DNA of 63,871 nucleotides, filler included, from Corallochytrium limacisporum Hawaii (GCA_002811645.1; 5 parts of 5 records of this genome joined end to end with filler, not necessarily neighbours in it), one strand, 5' to 3'. Positions 1-11,519 are shown, numbered from the whole stretch's first letter. Translations and numbers: made by a program. The notes: generated from the sequence alone by a model not told the origin.

Positions 1-115
1 GGGAAGGGGGAAGGGGGAAGGGAGAAGGGAGAAGGGGGGAGGGGGGGATGGGGGAAAAGCCACCGTAGAGCCCTTGGACGGGGGACCGGAAAGGGGGAGG
101 GGGGAAAGGGAGAAG
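1..115. repeat. G/A-rich low-complexity tract with multiple G-runs
   Basis: Nearly pure purine runs such as GGGAAGGGGG AAGGGGGAAG at the window start. Confidence 0.7.
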
Positions 116-574
116 CGGCTACAGCCGCACTGCGGAGGGGACTTATCAGTAGCGGGGCTATGGCGGGTGTCAAGGACGGCACGTCTGGAGGGAGTCGGTT
201 GTTGTGCGTCTCTCGCGATTTAACCATTCGGACAGATTTCGTTTCGGTTCCAAGTAGTCACTGTCACCTAGAGTTTTAGGAAACGCTAGCTGAAAATTGT
301 CTCCACGCCCTTTTTGTCATGACAGTGACGCCCCCCGTAATGGAAACTATTCACACCGAGGTACTTATTACAAGTCATCGCCTCAGGAAGCTAATCCGTT
401 AGCCTATCGTGTGTAAGGCTATAAAAGTCAACCCGATCACATTTTACACCTGCTTGGTAGTTAAGACCCAACACCAAGTCACATTATACAGAACCAGGGC
501 ACCAAGTTGAGAGCTTGGGTACAACAATAGCGTAACATATTTTATAATCAAACACAACCAGACAGAGAAACACA

Positions 575-1069
575 ATGGCACCAGTATTCCGGACGGCGAC
601 ATACGATCCTCAAGACAGTACTGACGCTGAGAGCGTCATTGCTTCTTGGTACGAGGAGCTTGGACAGACTCGTAAGTCTAAGAAGCGCGGTGTTCGCATT
701 AGCAGTCGCAAACCAACTGAGGAAATGCTGGCCGTTTCCCGCGGTGCACATTTGGTCAACAAGGGCTCCCGCCATCACATGAGCGCCAGCCGAGAGTCGC
801 TTACTTCTTATGGGTCAGACGAATCTGTCCTCTCCAGCTGCCTGTCCACCGGTGGTTCTAGTCGCAAGGGACTGAACGTGCGCTTCTCGAAGGCACGCAA
901 GGAGGACACGACCTATGCCGCTAATGAATACGATCGCTCATTCTCACAGAAATCCCTTACCCAGGACGAAGCTGTGCAGATTTCTGTTGAGCTTGAGTAC
1001 TTCAAGACTTACGAAATGCAAGTCCACGAAGCGTCCAAAGGCAATACTCACTACTTCAAGCTCCAGTAA
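575..1069 (+). CDS. Small Phactr/Bni4-like protein phosphatase 1 targeting protein (C-terminal PP1-binding module only)
   Basis: The RVxF-type motif LNVRF is followed by EYDR...LTQDEAVQISVELEYFKTYEMQVHEASKGNTHYF. This matches the Phactr/Bni4 C-terminal pattern YDR..LT....IR.ELNEFK..EMEVH..S...T.F. The ATG is in a CACA-ATG context. Confidence 0.8.
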   Translation: MAPVFRTATYDPQDSTDAESVIASWYEELGQTRKSKKRGVRISSRKPTEEMLAVSRGAHLVNKGSRHHMSASRESLTSYGSDESVLSSCLSTGGSSRKGLNVRFSKARKEDTTYAANEYDRSFSQKSLTQDEAVQISVELEYFKTYEMQVHEASKGNTHYFKLQ

Positions 1070-4000
1070 ATGAGCCGAATTCGTGAAAGTTCAATCAATA
1101 GGTTCGGTAGATCCCAGAACTGGGACAGTCTAGCTGATTGCTCCGGTTCAGCATGCATCTTGTTACCGGCATCCAAACTACAAATGTATCATAGGCAAGG
1201 GTGCCAGAAGATGATCATGCGCGTTGATGGCTGGTCCATCAACTGACATAGTGTAATAGTAGCATAAATTTCCGTAAATTGTTCCATATTTCGACATCAC
1301 ACACATCGCACTTGTGTTCTTGTTTGAACATCCTCTGTATATTGTAATGACATCAAGAAGATCCTATGTTCTTGCCTTCGTGTCCGACATGAACTCTTGA
1401 TGATCATCCCAAGGTGCCATTGAACATCCATGCTACTCTGACCAAGCATGGCCATCGTTTCAAACCCACTCTGGTATCTATTGGCGATGTCGAACGCAGC
1501 CGTATGGTTATCGCAAGTTTGAAGAGCAGCACATGTTCATCTCCACTGAGAGAGCCACGAAAGCAAAGCCACAGTATATAAATTGACACCTTGACCATTT
1601 GCGTCTGCTGCCTATGTAGCGTCCTCAAATGAGACTCGCTCGGCTCAAATGCCGTGCCGTGAGAAGTGTGGACAGAGGATGAGGAGGCAATGAGCGACTA
1701 AGGCACTGATAGCCAGAGAGCACAAGCCGAGCAGAAACAGGTGAACACTCTGTGAAAAGCGACCGCATCAGAGGCACAACGGATCAACCCAAGAATTCAT
1801 CGTCCGCAAGCACATTTTGCTCCTCTCACCGAAGGGAGGACGCCAGCGGTGTGATTTGAGACCGAACGCGCGGATGGTTGACCGAAATGGGTAAGTCTTC
1901 CTTCCGGTCAAGATACTCTTGAACGATTGCCACAACCATACATTTTGTACCGAATAATGAGTTTTCGAGATAATTCCACCACATAGTGAATGTTGCGAGT
2001 GGAGATTATCTCTTAAATTAAGGGTTTGGGTTTGTACGAATTGACTTTTTCTGGCTCTATCTACAACCTACGGTGCCGGAACCGGTGACTGATAATCAAA
2101 ATTGGGCAAAAAATTGTCTTGGGTCCCCAATTTGTCTGAGACTGGTGTGCCTCCAACGTATGCACTAGAGCTGCTTTCAAACGCGTGGGGCAAGCGCATT
2201 GTCGCACACACCTCGACCCGTACACAAACAAGCAGTGCCACGCATATACTAAGCTGGAGGCTAAGTACCAGCCATTAATCCGGGACCTGCGTACAAATCT
2301 TGGGCTCAAATTGATAGCTGTATGTGTGTACGTGTGTGCATGGGGAGGTGGCCGGGAGTGGTAGTGAGAAACCGCCGCTGGTAGGTTACACTCCACATTC
2401 TATCTGCGGGCCTCATCAGCCATGAATTGCTATTTTCAGCATATATTATCATCATTTCCTTGGTTCCACTGTGACGAACCACGTTCTTCGGCTGTTTTTT
2501 GTGTGGGGATTACCTATCGCTTTATGTGCACACCTTTTGGCGTTTAGATGGATAGCAAGGAACCTAGGAGAATCTCCCCCCCCTCCCTATCAGTAGAAAA
2601 GGTATGGGAATTTGGGTTCGAATGGGCCGATAACATGGGAGTTTTTCTACCCCGCTAAGAACAAACGTCAAAGCCTGTGCGGAGTGCGTATGGGGGCTGT
2701 TAAAAGAAGGGGCCCGACGAAGGAAGACAGCGGCGGGAACTCAAACTCTCGGCGCTTTCCATACTGAACGCATATGCTTCTATATTTGACTCGACGATGA
2801 TATCAAAACTCCGAGACAGGCAGGGCCAAGGTGGAGAAAGAAAGCCACCGCGGCAGTGGAATGAATAGGCCTCCAATTTATTCTCAAATTCGGCTTTGTA
2901 CCACTTGCTGTATTGTATGGGACTGCCTGGCTTGTTGCACGCTCAGTACTGCGAGCATCGCCGTCGAACATTGGAATGATTGGAAAATTTTTCCGCCCTC
3001 GACAACAACAGTCACACAGTAGCCGCACAGCATCATGGTGGATGTGTAACGTAGTACTGGTAGTATTGAGCACGGTGGCTGTTTAAACAGAAACCTGGAA
3101 GTAAAGCAGCGGCGGGCTGCTTCGCTCTTACGAACGTCTGTCACGGAAACAAGGCCTGGAGATGCGGATGGAGCGCTGCGGTGCAATACTATTTTCCCAA
3201 AACAAACCGAACCCCCTACGACCTCCCTTTTTTGCGAGAGAAACTGCCCTCTTTGGGCAAAACCAGTGAAATAGTTGCTTGGGAAGTGGATTGTCGGGTG
3301 TGGGGAGAATGGAGCGGGGGTGAGACGATTGCTGCTCTGCCGAAGAATTTGTGCCGGTGGGTGCGTTGCTGTCCTGGGCAATTCGCGGGTGTTTGGGCCT
3401 GGTAGTGGCAGTGGGGAACAGCTACCCGCGAATTGCCAATTTTTCGGCTGGCGTTAAATGCTATAGATCAATCATGCACATCAATGTGGACTGTGCGAGC
3501 CCCATCGAAGTAAGACATCATAGGTGTATCACTGATGTTGGGTTTCTGCCCACTGGGACACGATACCAATCCGCTGCCTTTTCCTCGGCTGCGCTCTCCG
3601 TCCGAGCTGCTATGGGAAGTCTTTCCGCAAGCTGTGCTTGCACTCACTGATTCTGATCCGCCCCATATGGAACGGTGGGCAGCGGGTCCTGGAAGTATAC
3701 TGCACCTCCACACAATCACCTGTCTGAAATCGACATCAACCGTGCATCCCAACTCAGTTGGTACCTTGCACAAATGATGATCCGGCTCAGTGGATCCTTG
3801 TTGGAGAACGTCAGACCAATGAGCGATCGTTAACCACGCTAACAACAAGCGCCGTCGGCAGTGCAGTTCTCGAGCCGGCCAAAAACAAGGGCACACACGG
3901 AAGGTTCACACCAACAATGGAAAAAAGGAATTGATTCCTCCAACTCCGGGAATGGCAGATAGACGCGTAAGTGTACGGAAAATTTGGAAGCGCAAGTGAT

Positions 4001-6541
4001 TTTCGTCGCGTTCTGAGCTGTTTCCTGAGTGAACTTCGTTGAAATCCTAGGTCGCAAATGTCCGCAACGCTCATCAGTTCAAACCCCAAACACTTCGGCC
4101 GCTTAAGGCCATAGCCGAACATTGATCGCTGTATTAAATCAATTGTCTGTCTATTTTGGGTTCTGTATGTGCACAGTGCTGTAAGTGACATACAATGTGT
4201 ACACCGTTCGCTCGTTGTTTTAATCATCAGGGGACACGCTCGAGTCTGTTTGTTGATGATCCATCCATATCCCTAGACATCGGCCATTCCCATGTCGAGT
4301 AACCCGCACAGAACTTACAGGGACGGATCGCCCTAAGCCGCAGATGCAATTGCATGCTCGCAGCTACCGGCCAGTATATGGAAATGCTCTTCCCAGCGGT
4401 GTCCATTCGCGTGTTCAAGAGTGATGAGCTCCGTGGTCCCCCCGACCCATGGAAGTGCTTGGCCCTTAAGCCCCTTACTGCTTGCGCCGGTGGGCCCTCT
4501 CGCCTCCCTGCTGCCTCCCCCTTCTTTTCGTATTCTCCTGGCGCCAAGTACTTAATCCGCCGTTTCACTCCAGCGAGCGTTCCACGGTTGTCCAAATGGA
4601 ATCTCTGGACCGCCGTCGCATTTTCGGAAGAACATAACGAAACAGAAGAGCCCAGTCTGTGGGCGATCAATGGACGGACGGGTGGTACGCGATGTCGCTC
4701 TTTGTTACCTACCACTGGTCCAGCCTACGAAGAGCCCCCTCCGGGACCGTGCCTATCTCGAGGAAGAGAGATCAACGCGATGAAGGTGGAACATTGACCA
4801 TTTCATGTACGAGGTCCGTCAAACGCGTTTCTGTGTACCGGGAGGAAACTGAAGCACAATTGCCCCCTGTCATTCAAATTTGACTCCCTTCCACCCCCAA
4901 CGCCTCAGCCGGGCTTCCCTTCCCTGCGGGGTGGGAAGGGCGCTTCCCCTTAGCAGACTTTCCTCTGTTCTTGCGGGAGTTACGCCGCTGGAGCACTGGG
5001 CAGCAGTCCGGTACTGTTCGAGCGGAGACAACGGAAAGTCCTATGTTCTGTAAATGGCAGACGTCGTGCTGTATATGCAATGTGTGAAGCGCCGAGAAGC
5101 GAGGAGAAAAATTTTGCGGTTCATCGCCCAAATTGTGCATTAAGAGGCGACGGCATGCGAATTGTGTATATGAATTTTCTTCACCACTCGCACCATTCTT
5201 TGTCACACCTCCGCTTGTTATGTATAACACATGTACTGAGGTTTTGGACAATGCATGTGAGGGCAGGGTCCATGAGGCCCGAGCTTGTGCAAGACGGCGA
5301 CTACTGAGGCAGGTGCACCAACTTGACCATTACTAAAGATGGGAAGTGTTGAAATCAGTCATATACGAAAAATTGAAATATTAAAACGAATCACAAAAAT
5401 TTAATCAAAAGTAGATTGTATATAAATTCAAATCACACAGACTGACCAATAAACGAGCAGGGTTTTGCAGCTCCTGCAAAAGTCTAATTGATTACATTGA
5501 AACCGGCCGGGCGGTGGACCGGGCACCGCACACCAATCTCGTTTGGACCTGGCATGCTGTATGCACGACATGTCGCACATAGCTAGCCTATAGCCCACAG
5601 AGAGATAGATCTACGAGTAATAGTCACTTCTACATCTTGATGCTGTCCGTGTTTCCTCATACCTTGATGAAACCACAGCCACTCCGTGAAGGCCTGTAGA
5701 ATGTCCGCATATCTCAGAAGCCACTGGTTGGCGGATGAGCACATGCTGGTCCTTCACAGTTTATTAGAGTGAGAACCACTTATGGTGCACACATCTAAGG
5801 AGATCGCTTCCTCGCATACAATAATTGAGAAACTCTATATGCCGGTTCCTTCCGCCACGATTGCTCTCACTGACCCACCTTCCTCATTCACAACTTGTTC
5901 TCTGTAACCGACTCCGGGACCCCCGCTAGATTGCTCGTCTCCAGGAGCAACAAATACAGCAAAAAAGTTCCTTTCCCTTCCCTATAACTAGCCAAAAAAA
6001 AGTGCATAGTCACCCAGGTGATTATTTCCGACGGTTCAACTAGTACGTAGGCGGAGAAAAACGATGGAGACCCACCATGTTCTCAGCTCCCACGTTCGGA
6101 GTGCACGAAAGGACGGCCTGTGTAATGCTCCCGTTTCTTGCTTAATGGATCGATTGGATTCTGCATTCCAGGTGCCATGTAAGGATTGTACGTTTGGCCG
6201 TGCGCATCAGTGATCATCTTTGGCTGTGCGGTACAAATACATTGGGGCCTTTTCACTATAGCGCCCCAAAAGTTAGGAAAGGTTCCGTAACGTTCAATGA
6301 TCGCATTACATAAGGAACTTTCGCTTCTAACGGGTACAAGAGAAAGACGAGGGTCAATTGGAACAATCTCGACGAAAGAAACTTCAAGTCGTGTAGCTGT
6401 ACATTGCGTTGTGATATAAGGTGCTCTAGGTTGGGAAGAGGTGAGACATGCACATGAATAGGCGTACACTTGGCAGCAACACCGAAGAACGAGAAATCTG
6501 AGCAGCAACAAGAGGGGATCAGGTTCTATACGATACACACA

Positions 6542-7591
6542 ATGTCCGACACAACATCATGCCCGTTCCCAAAGATGGGAGAAAATTGTGATGAAAACTA
6601 TGGTGATTCAGCAGCTTACGTAGCCGCATCGGCACTGTATGGACTAACGGCAGCGATCTTGCTAATTTGTGCGATATACGTTGCAACGAAACTTAAGATG
6701 GGTAAGGCAACGAAATGGGCTGCAGACATAAAGGTTGGAATTGTCATTGGTTCCTTCTTCATGGCATGTTTAGGGATCTTGCGTTCGATCGATCTCTTCG
6801 CATGGAACGATATCTTTAACGAATACTTCGAAGGCGTTGTAAGTGGTATCATGTCCTTGATCTTGTTCGCCACAGGAGGCAGTCTTGCCGTTTGCTTCAT
6901 GCGAATTCTTCTGACCAAGCGTAAGACACTTCAAAAATTGTTGGTGCGAGCAATCCACTATGGGACTGCAGCAGGTGCCGGTTTGATCTTCTTATTCATG
7001 GTGCTGAGCATGGTCGTTGAGCCCTACTGGGTTTTCCGCATCATTGTGCAGATTATAAGTATCGTATACCTTTTCGCTGTCGTTTCGATCCTGATCTGGG
7101 GTCGAATCTTGCTGAGCGAATTTGTGAAGGAAGGTATGCTGCTTGCCGGAGTAGAGATCAAGAGAAGGTCGAAGTCAACTGCCGACATTCGAAATGCTGG
7201 AGCGCCCGGGGCGGTTGTGCCAGTACCCAGTGGACCCACAAATTTGGGTGACGACGATGTCAGTATTGGACCGGTGCCGAGTACTGTCTCTGCCGTGGAA
7301 AGTGCGACGACGACGTCCGTTGAAGCTCAAAGGTTGCTGGAACAACGAAAGGCTTTCATGAAAAAGGTTGGTCGCTTCATCAATGTCAGTTCGATCATTG
7401 TCTTGTTAGCCATTGTCTCACAGTGTGTTGCTGTAGCAAGAACAGTACGCAATCAAATTGAGACATACGAAGAAGCCTTAGTCGATCAAATGCCAACTTC
7501 CCAGAGCAAGATTTGGAGTAAGTGGTGGGTCAATTGGGCAGAGGTCTTTGTCATGCAGGTGATTTTGTTTTTCTTCTGCATTTACCGGTAG
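6542..7591 (+). CDS. Orphan seven-transmembrane (GPCR-topology) protein
   Basis: Seven hydrophobic segments, with a long Ser/Thr/Pro/Gly-rich loop between TM5 and TM6. The first ATG is at 6542; the ORF-track start at 6470 is a TTG. Confidence 0.7.
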   Translation: MSDTTSCPFPKMGENCDENYGDSAAYVAASALYGLTAAILLICAIYVATKLKMGKATKWAADIKVGIVIGSFFMACLGILRSIDLFAWNDIFNEYFEGVVSGIMSLILFATGGSLAVCFMRILLTKRKTLQKLLVRAIHYGTAAGAGLIFLFMVLSMVVEPYWVFRIIVQIISIVYLFAVVSILIWGRILLSEFVKEGMLLAGVEIKRRSKSTADIRNAGAPGAVVPVPSGPTNLGDDDVSIGPVPSTVSAVESATTTSVEAQRLLEQRKAFMKKVGRFINVSSIIVLLAIVSQCVAVARTVRNQIETYEEALVDQMPTSQSKIWSKWWVNWAEVFVMQVILFFFCIYR

Positions 7592-7762
7592 AACACCATC
7601 CCTCGACCAGCGATCTCCTGGATCCCAGAGGTTTATACTTAAAGCATATTACAACTATTAAGAAAAGTTCCCAGACACATAAATTCGTCATCCTCATGAA
7701 TTCCTTTACCTATTTAATACAATTGAATCCCGTACGGTCACCAAACATGTCGATGCCACACC

Positions 7763-8047
7763 CTACTTCTTCTGTTCCTCAATACTGCGTCCGAGGAAGA
7801 ACCAACGACCAAGCTGTCCCAGCTGTGCTGTCGTGTTTGTTACGTGGCATGCAAAAAGAGGGTAGTTGGGAGGGAAGATGGCCAGCGACCAGCGCACAAA
7901 GAGCATGGAGTAACCTGCAAGGGTGGCGGTCATTGCCGGGTTAATCTTTGACGGATCATCCTGCATGCTGGCAAGTGCAGCAACTGGGATGCCCCAGTTA
8001 GCAAGAGCTCCCAGGTATCCCACGGCCCGAACATACCGCTCCGACAT
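7763..8047 (-). CDS. MPC1: Mitochondrial pyruvate carrier 1-like
   Basis: ANWGIPVAA...INPAMT..L..YSMLFVRW.LAI.P.NY.LFACH.TN..AQL.Q is the MPC1 signature. ATG at 8047. Confidence 0.9.
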   Translation of the reverse strand: MSERYVRAVGYLGALANWGIPVAALASMQDDPSKINPAMTATLAGYSMLFVRWSLAIFPPNYPLFACHVTNTTAQLGQLGRWFFLGRSIEEQKK

Positions 8048-8993
8048 GTCGATAGTTTTGTGTAATTCGCAATCTGTTGGGAGTGTGTGCAGGCAAAACC
8101 TTGACAAAAACTGTTATGTGCTGAGTGGTGGTCCAGAAATACGGTTTTCTGTGGCGTTCAATGGAGACTCACACCACGCGGACACTACCATCACTCCCTG
8201 TTGCTGTTGTCCCGCCGAAACAACAAAAATTCGCAAGCCGTAACACAGCTCCTGTGAGGTAAAATGGTATCGGCTAGTGGGTCGCGGCAGCAAGTCCCAC
8301 ACTGTACTGCTCAGCCGTACAGCCATCACGTATAAACCCCAACCGCGCCCACCACTCGCGGTCGTCACCCACCCGGCGCCAATACGCCCTTTGTGTTGTG
8401 CCTGAGGTCCGCACACTGAAGCCCGGACAGGTTTCGCTTAGGGAACGCCATGGGGGAAAAAAGCCAGCGGAGCAGCTGCGGCGAGCCGGCCGGAGAGTAC
8501 CCGACCCGAGACCCAACGCGCAGTCTTCTCCACTTCCAGTACCGAAAAATGGATCCTTTTCTCCAGACACCACCAACGAAAAATGGAGGCAAACCCTCGA
8601 CTGGCTGCGAACCATGCTACCCCCCCACTTTCCCATAGTTAATGAACTTCGCTATGAATCCATACAATGATAGATGATAGGTTATCAGTTATTATGACGG
8701 AGATTTGGATGGTACCTGCGGTGAGACAGTTTCAACTGAAACGAGCTCCAAAAAGAGGTCTTCGGCGGGAGCGGCGGGTCTCAGCGGTCTGGATTGGACA
8801 GTGCACCACAAGTGGGCTGGGCTCCACGTATACGGACCTGGTATTTTGGGTATGCAGTCACCTATGCCTGTTTTCGAAGAAGTTGTCATGATCTATGGAC
8901 GCGTTCAGACAAGGGAACCAATGTAGATATGGCGACAATAGGTGCATGACATTTGGAATGTCCACAAAGTGAACATGTATAGATTAGTTAGAA

Positions 8994-10493
8994 ATGGAAA
9001 TGAATGTAGATGACCTGCAGCCATTGGTGCCAACACCATTGGCAACGCAAGATGGATTACACAGAAGATCTGAGAGCGGACATGATGCGGAAAATGGGGT
9101 ACCAGAGGTGGACGCAACCCACCAGTTTGATATGGAAGAGAAGGGAGATCAGCATGGGAGCTCTATCCGTTTTCGCACTTTTGGACAGCTCTTTCGGTTG
9201 AATATTGCCTGGGCTGGTATCAACTTTATTTGGTTTTTGATGGGAGTTGTTCTGCTCCCTGCACAGATTGCTACCGTTTCGACAGAGCAGTCGAAAGGCA
9301 CAAGACTGGGGCTCATTCTCATGCTAGGAAGTTTGGCCACAATTCTTGGATCTCCAATTATTGGAGTTATGAGTGATTCCTTGCAGTCTTATCACAACAG
9401 ACGTCATCCCTTCATGGCATACGGATCGATTGGTACAGCGATTGGGTTCATTGGGCTTGCGTATAGTGTACCGAATCTTCGGGATAAGTCACAGATTGGT
9501 GACAACGCCGCCGCTATCCAGAACGACAACGCTGCGTATTTGTTCATTGGCTTCTTCTATTTCGTCACTGTACTAGCGTACAATTTCATGAGTGTCCCGT
9601 ACAATGGCCTTCTAGCCGATGCCACTCATTTTGAAGCACGAGGATTGAGCTCTGGGCTAATGGGAGGGCTGCAAATGCTCGGAACCATCGTCGCAGCCGG
9701 TACTGGAGTCTCGGTGATTTCCTTGGGAGTGCCCCTGACTTATTCGTTGATGGCTGCTATATTCATTACCAGTACAGCCTTCACCATTCGCTCTACTGCC
9801 AGAATACCATCGAAGGGTAATGGAAACAATAGCGGCGGCTGCATGCATCCTGTCACCGCCATTGGGCACTTCATTGAGCCATTTACAAAGTCTGCAGACT
9901 TCTGCTGGATCTTTACTACTCGCTTATTGAATCAAATGGGAGTTGCTACTGTGCAATTCTTCATGCAATATTGGATGGAAGATGCCGTGGATCTCCCTGA
10001 CGGTCTAAGTCCCAGTGCAGCCGCTAGTGTCGCATTTGTGCCCCTGCTGGTCGTGGCCATGTTCAGTTCAACGGCCAGTGGGTGGATCAGTGACCGCACT
10101 GGAGGAAGGCGCAAGGTGATTGTCTGTGTAAGTGGACTAATAATGGCTGCCGGAACATTCTGTGCAATTTTTGTCTCTGACTTTTACGCAGGATTGGTAA
10201 TCATGGCCGGTATTGGGAGTGGCTATGGAGCGTTCCTTGCCGTCGACTTTGCTATGGCAGTGGACGTGGTGGGACACCGGGCTGAGTCAGGTCGTGATCT
10301 GGCAGTATGGCACTTGTCTCTAGTGTTGCCTCAGACTATTGCCACCCCTATTGGGGGTGTGATCCGTGATTACTTCCAACACGTAGGGTGTGCAACGGAA
10401 TGCAATCTCGGATACAGGATACTCTTTGCGATTACGACAACATACTTTATCATAGCATCGAGCCTCATCTTTAAAATCAAGGGCATCAAGTAA
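8994..10493 (+). CDS. MFS transporter, about 12 TM (GPH/SLC45-like sugar transporter group)
   Basis: MFS motif A-like G.MSD....RR.PF and GWISDRTGGRRK, plus PYNGLLAD, and about 12 hydrophobic helices. Confidence 0.85.
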   Translation: MEMNVDDLQPLVPTPLATQDGLHRRSESGHDAENGVPEVDATHQFDMEEKGDQHGSSIRFRTFGQLFRLNIAWAGINFIWFLMGVVLLPAQIATVSTEQSKGTRLGLILMLGSLATILGSPIIGVMSDSLQSYHNRRHPFMAYGSIGTAIGFIGLAYSVPNLRDKSQIGDNAAAIQNDNAAYLFIGFFYFVTVLAYNFMSVPYNGLLADATHFEARGLSSGLMGGLQMLGTIVAAGTGVSVISLGVPLTYSLMAAIFITSTAFTIRSTARIPSKGNGNNSGGCMHPVTAIGHFIEPFTKSADFCWIFTTRLLNQMGVATVQFFMQYWMEDAVDLPDGLSPSAAASVAFVPLLVVAMFSSTASGWISDRTGGRRKVIVCVSGLIMAAGTFCAIFVSDFYAGLVIMAGIGSGYGAFLAVDFAMAVDVVGHRAESGRDLAVWHLSLVLPQTIATPIGGVIRDYFQHVGCATECNLGYRILFAITTTYFIIASSLIFKIKGIK

Positions 10494-10586
10494 TTCGCAT
10501 ATTCGATATATACCATACACTTTTAAAAAACCATAGGAAATGTACAGGCAAATAGATGATGATGTTTGGTGTTGAAAAACATATAC

Positions 10587-11519
10587 TTACCGTTGAGGAA
10601 CCCATACGACGTCAATCTGATCCATGTCCTCCAGTCCTGCATCCCGGCAGCTCATGCTGAGATGCTGGTGTGTATTTAAGGGGCCATCTGGTCCGTTCAA
10701 GTACACCTCAGAGGCCTTCCACGTTCCCACTTTCCGTCCAGCACTACCCTTACCTTGCTCCTGCAAAAGAGCCTTTACCACGAGCAAGAGAGGTTGAGTG
10801 TCGTACAACTCAACGACATGTTCGCGTGCGGGCGAAGTGAGTACTTTGAGGCGCATCTTTTTCTTAGGAGCAGAAGGATCTGTCTTGGATTGCGTAACAG
10901 TGCCTGCCGCAGGCTTGAGCCCTGCCTTGGCAGCCGCGGTTGCAAAGGGGCTACTAGCAGGCTGTGCTGAGGTGGCGCCGAATGGACGACTGCCGCCTGC
11001 ACCACCGCCAAAGCTAAAGGGAGACGAAGTCTGACCGAATGAAAACCCACCACCAGTGCCTGGAGCCGTTGTAAGTTGTTCACCCTCCTGCCTTCCCATT
11101 GCCCAGGCCGGAGGTTCACCCTTTGGAGTCTGAGGTTCGAACTTCAGTCCAGTGGGTATTGGCGAAGTAGATCCGAATGGATAGCTATTTGTCCCAGATG
11201 TAGCAAAGGGATTGACTGTAGAGACGACACCTCCCATGATTGGTGCATCCGCCTTTGCCTGTAAGGTTTTGTTGTTAAAAAAGTTATTCACGGTAGCACT
11301 GGCCTGCTCAGTGACATCATGGCTGTCCTTGTTGCCAGCCGGTGATCCTCCGAGTGAAAAACTAAGGCCTCCATTGGCAGCTTCTCCTGCCGTCGGTTGT
11401 CCAAAAATTCCACCACTATTGTTCGAATCCTTACTCATGCCGCCATGCAGATCACCTCCTGTATTCAACGTGGTTGTTGGGTCTACTTTGAACGGTCCCA
11501 TTGTCGGGTGGCCACTCAT
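10587..11519 (-). CDS. FG/PF-repeat low-complexity protein with a C-terminal ubiquitin/SUMO-like domain
   Basis: The Gly/Ser/Thr-rich N-terminal region contains IFGQP, FSLGG, PFGS, FSFGQ, FSFGG and PFGA. The C-terminal roughly 90 aa (MRLKV...GLEDMDQIDVV) resemble a beta-grasp SUMO/Rad60-SLD pattern. First ATG at 11519. Confidence 0.7.
   Translation of the reverse strand: MSGHPTMGPFKVDPTTTLNTGGDLHGGMSKDSNNSGGIFGQPTAGEAANGGLSFSLGGSPAGNKDSHDVTEQASATVNNFFNNKTLQAKADAPIMGGVVSTVNPFATSGTNSYPFGSTSPIPTGLKFEPQTPKGEPPAWAMGRQEGEQLTTAPGTGGGFSFGQTSSPFSFGGGAGGSRPFGATSAQPASSPFATAAAKAGLKPAAGTVTQSKTDPSAPKKKMRLKVLTSPAREHVVELYDTQPLLLVVKALLQEQGKGSAGRKVGTWKASEVYLNGPDGPLNTHQHLSMSCRDAGLEDMDQIDVVWVPQR

Noticed and set aside
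2610-2630. GGTTCGAAT T-loop/B-box-like motif
   Set aside because: No cloverleaf stems around it; no tRNA could be supported anywhere in the window by eye.
3770-3835. LLENV peptide reminiscent of C5 DNA methyltransferase motif VI
   Set aside because: No FxGxG or PC motifs in a compatible frame; probably chance.
5505-5530. GCCGGGCGGTGG resembling the 5' end of SRP/7SL RNA
   Set aside because: The downstream Alu-domain and helix-8 features were not found.
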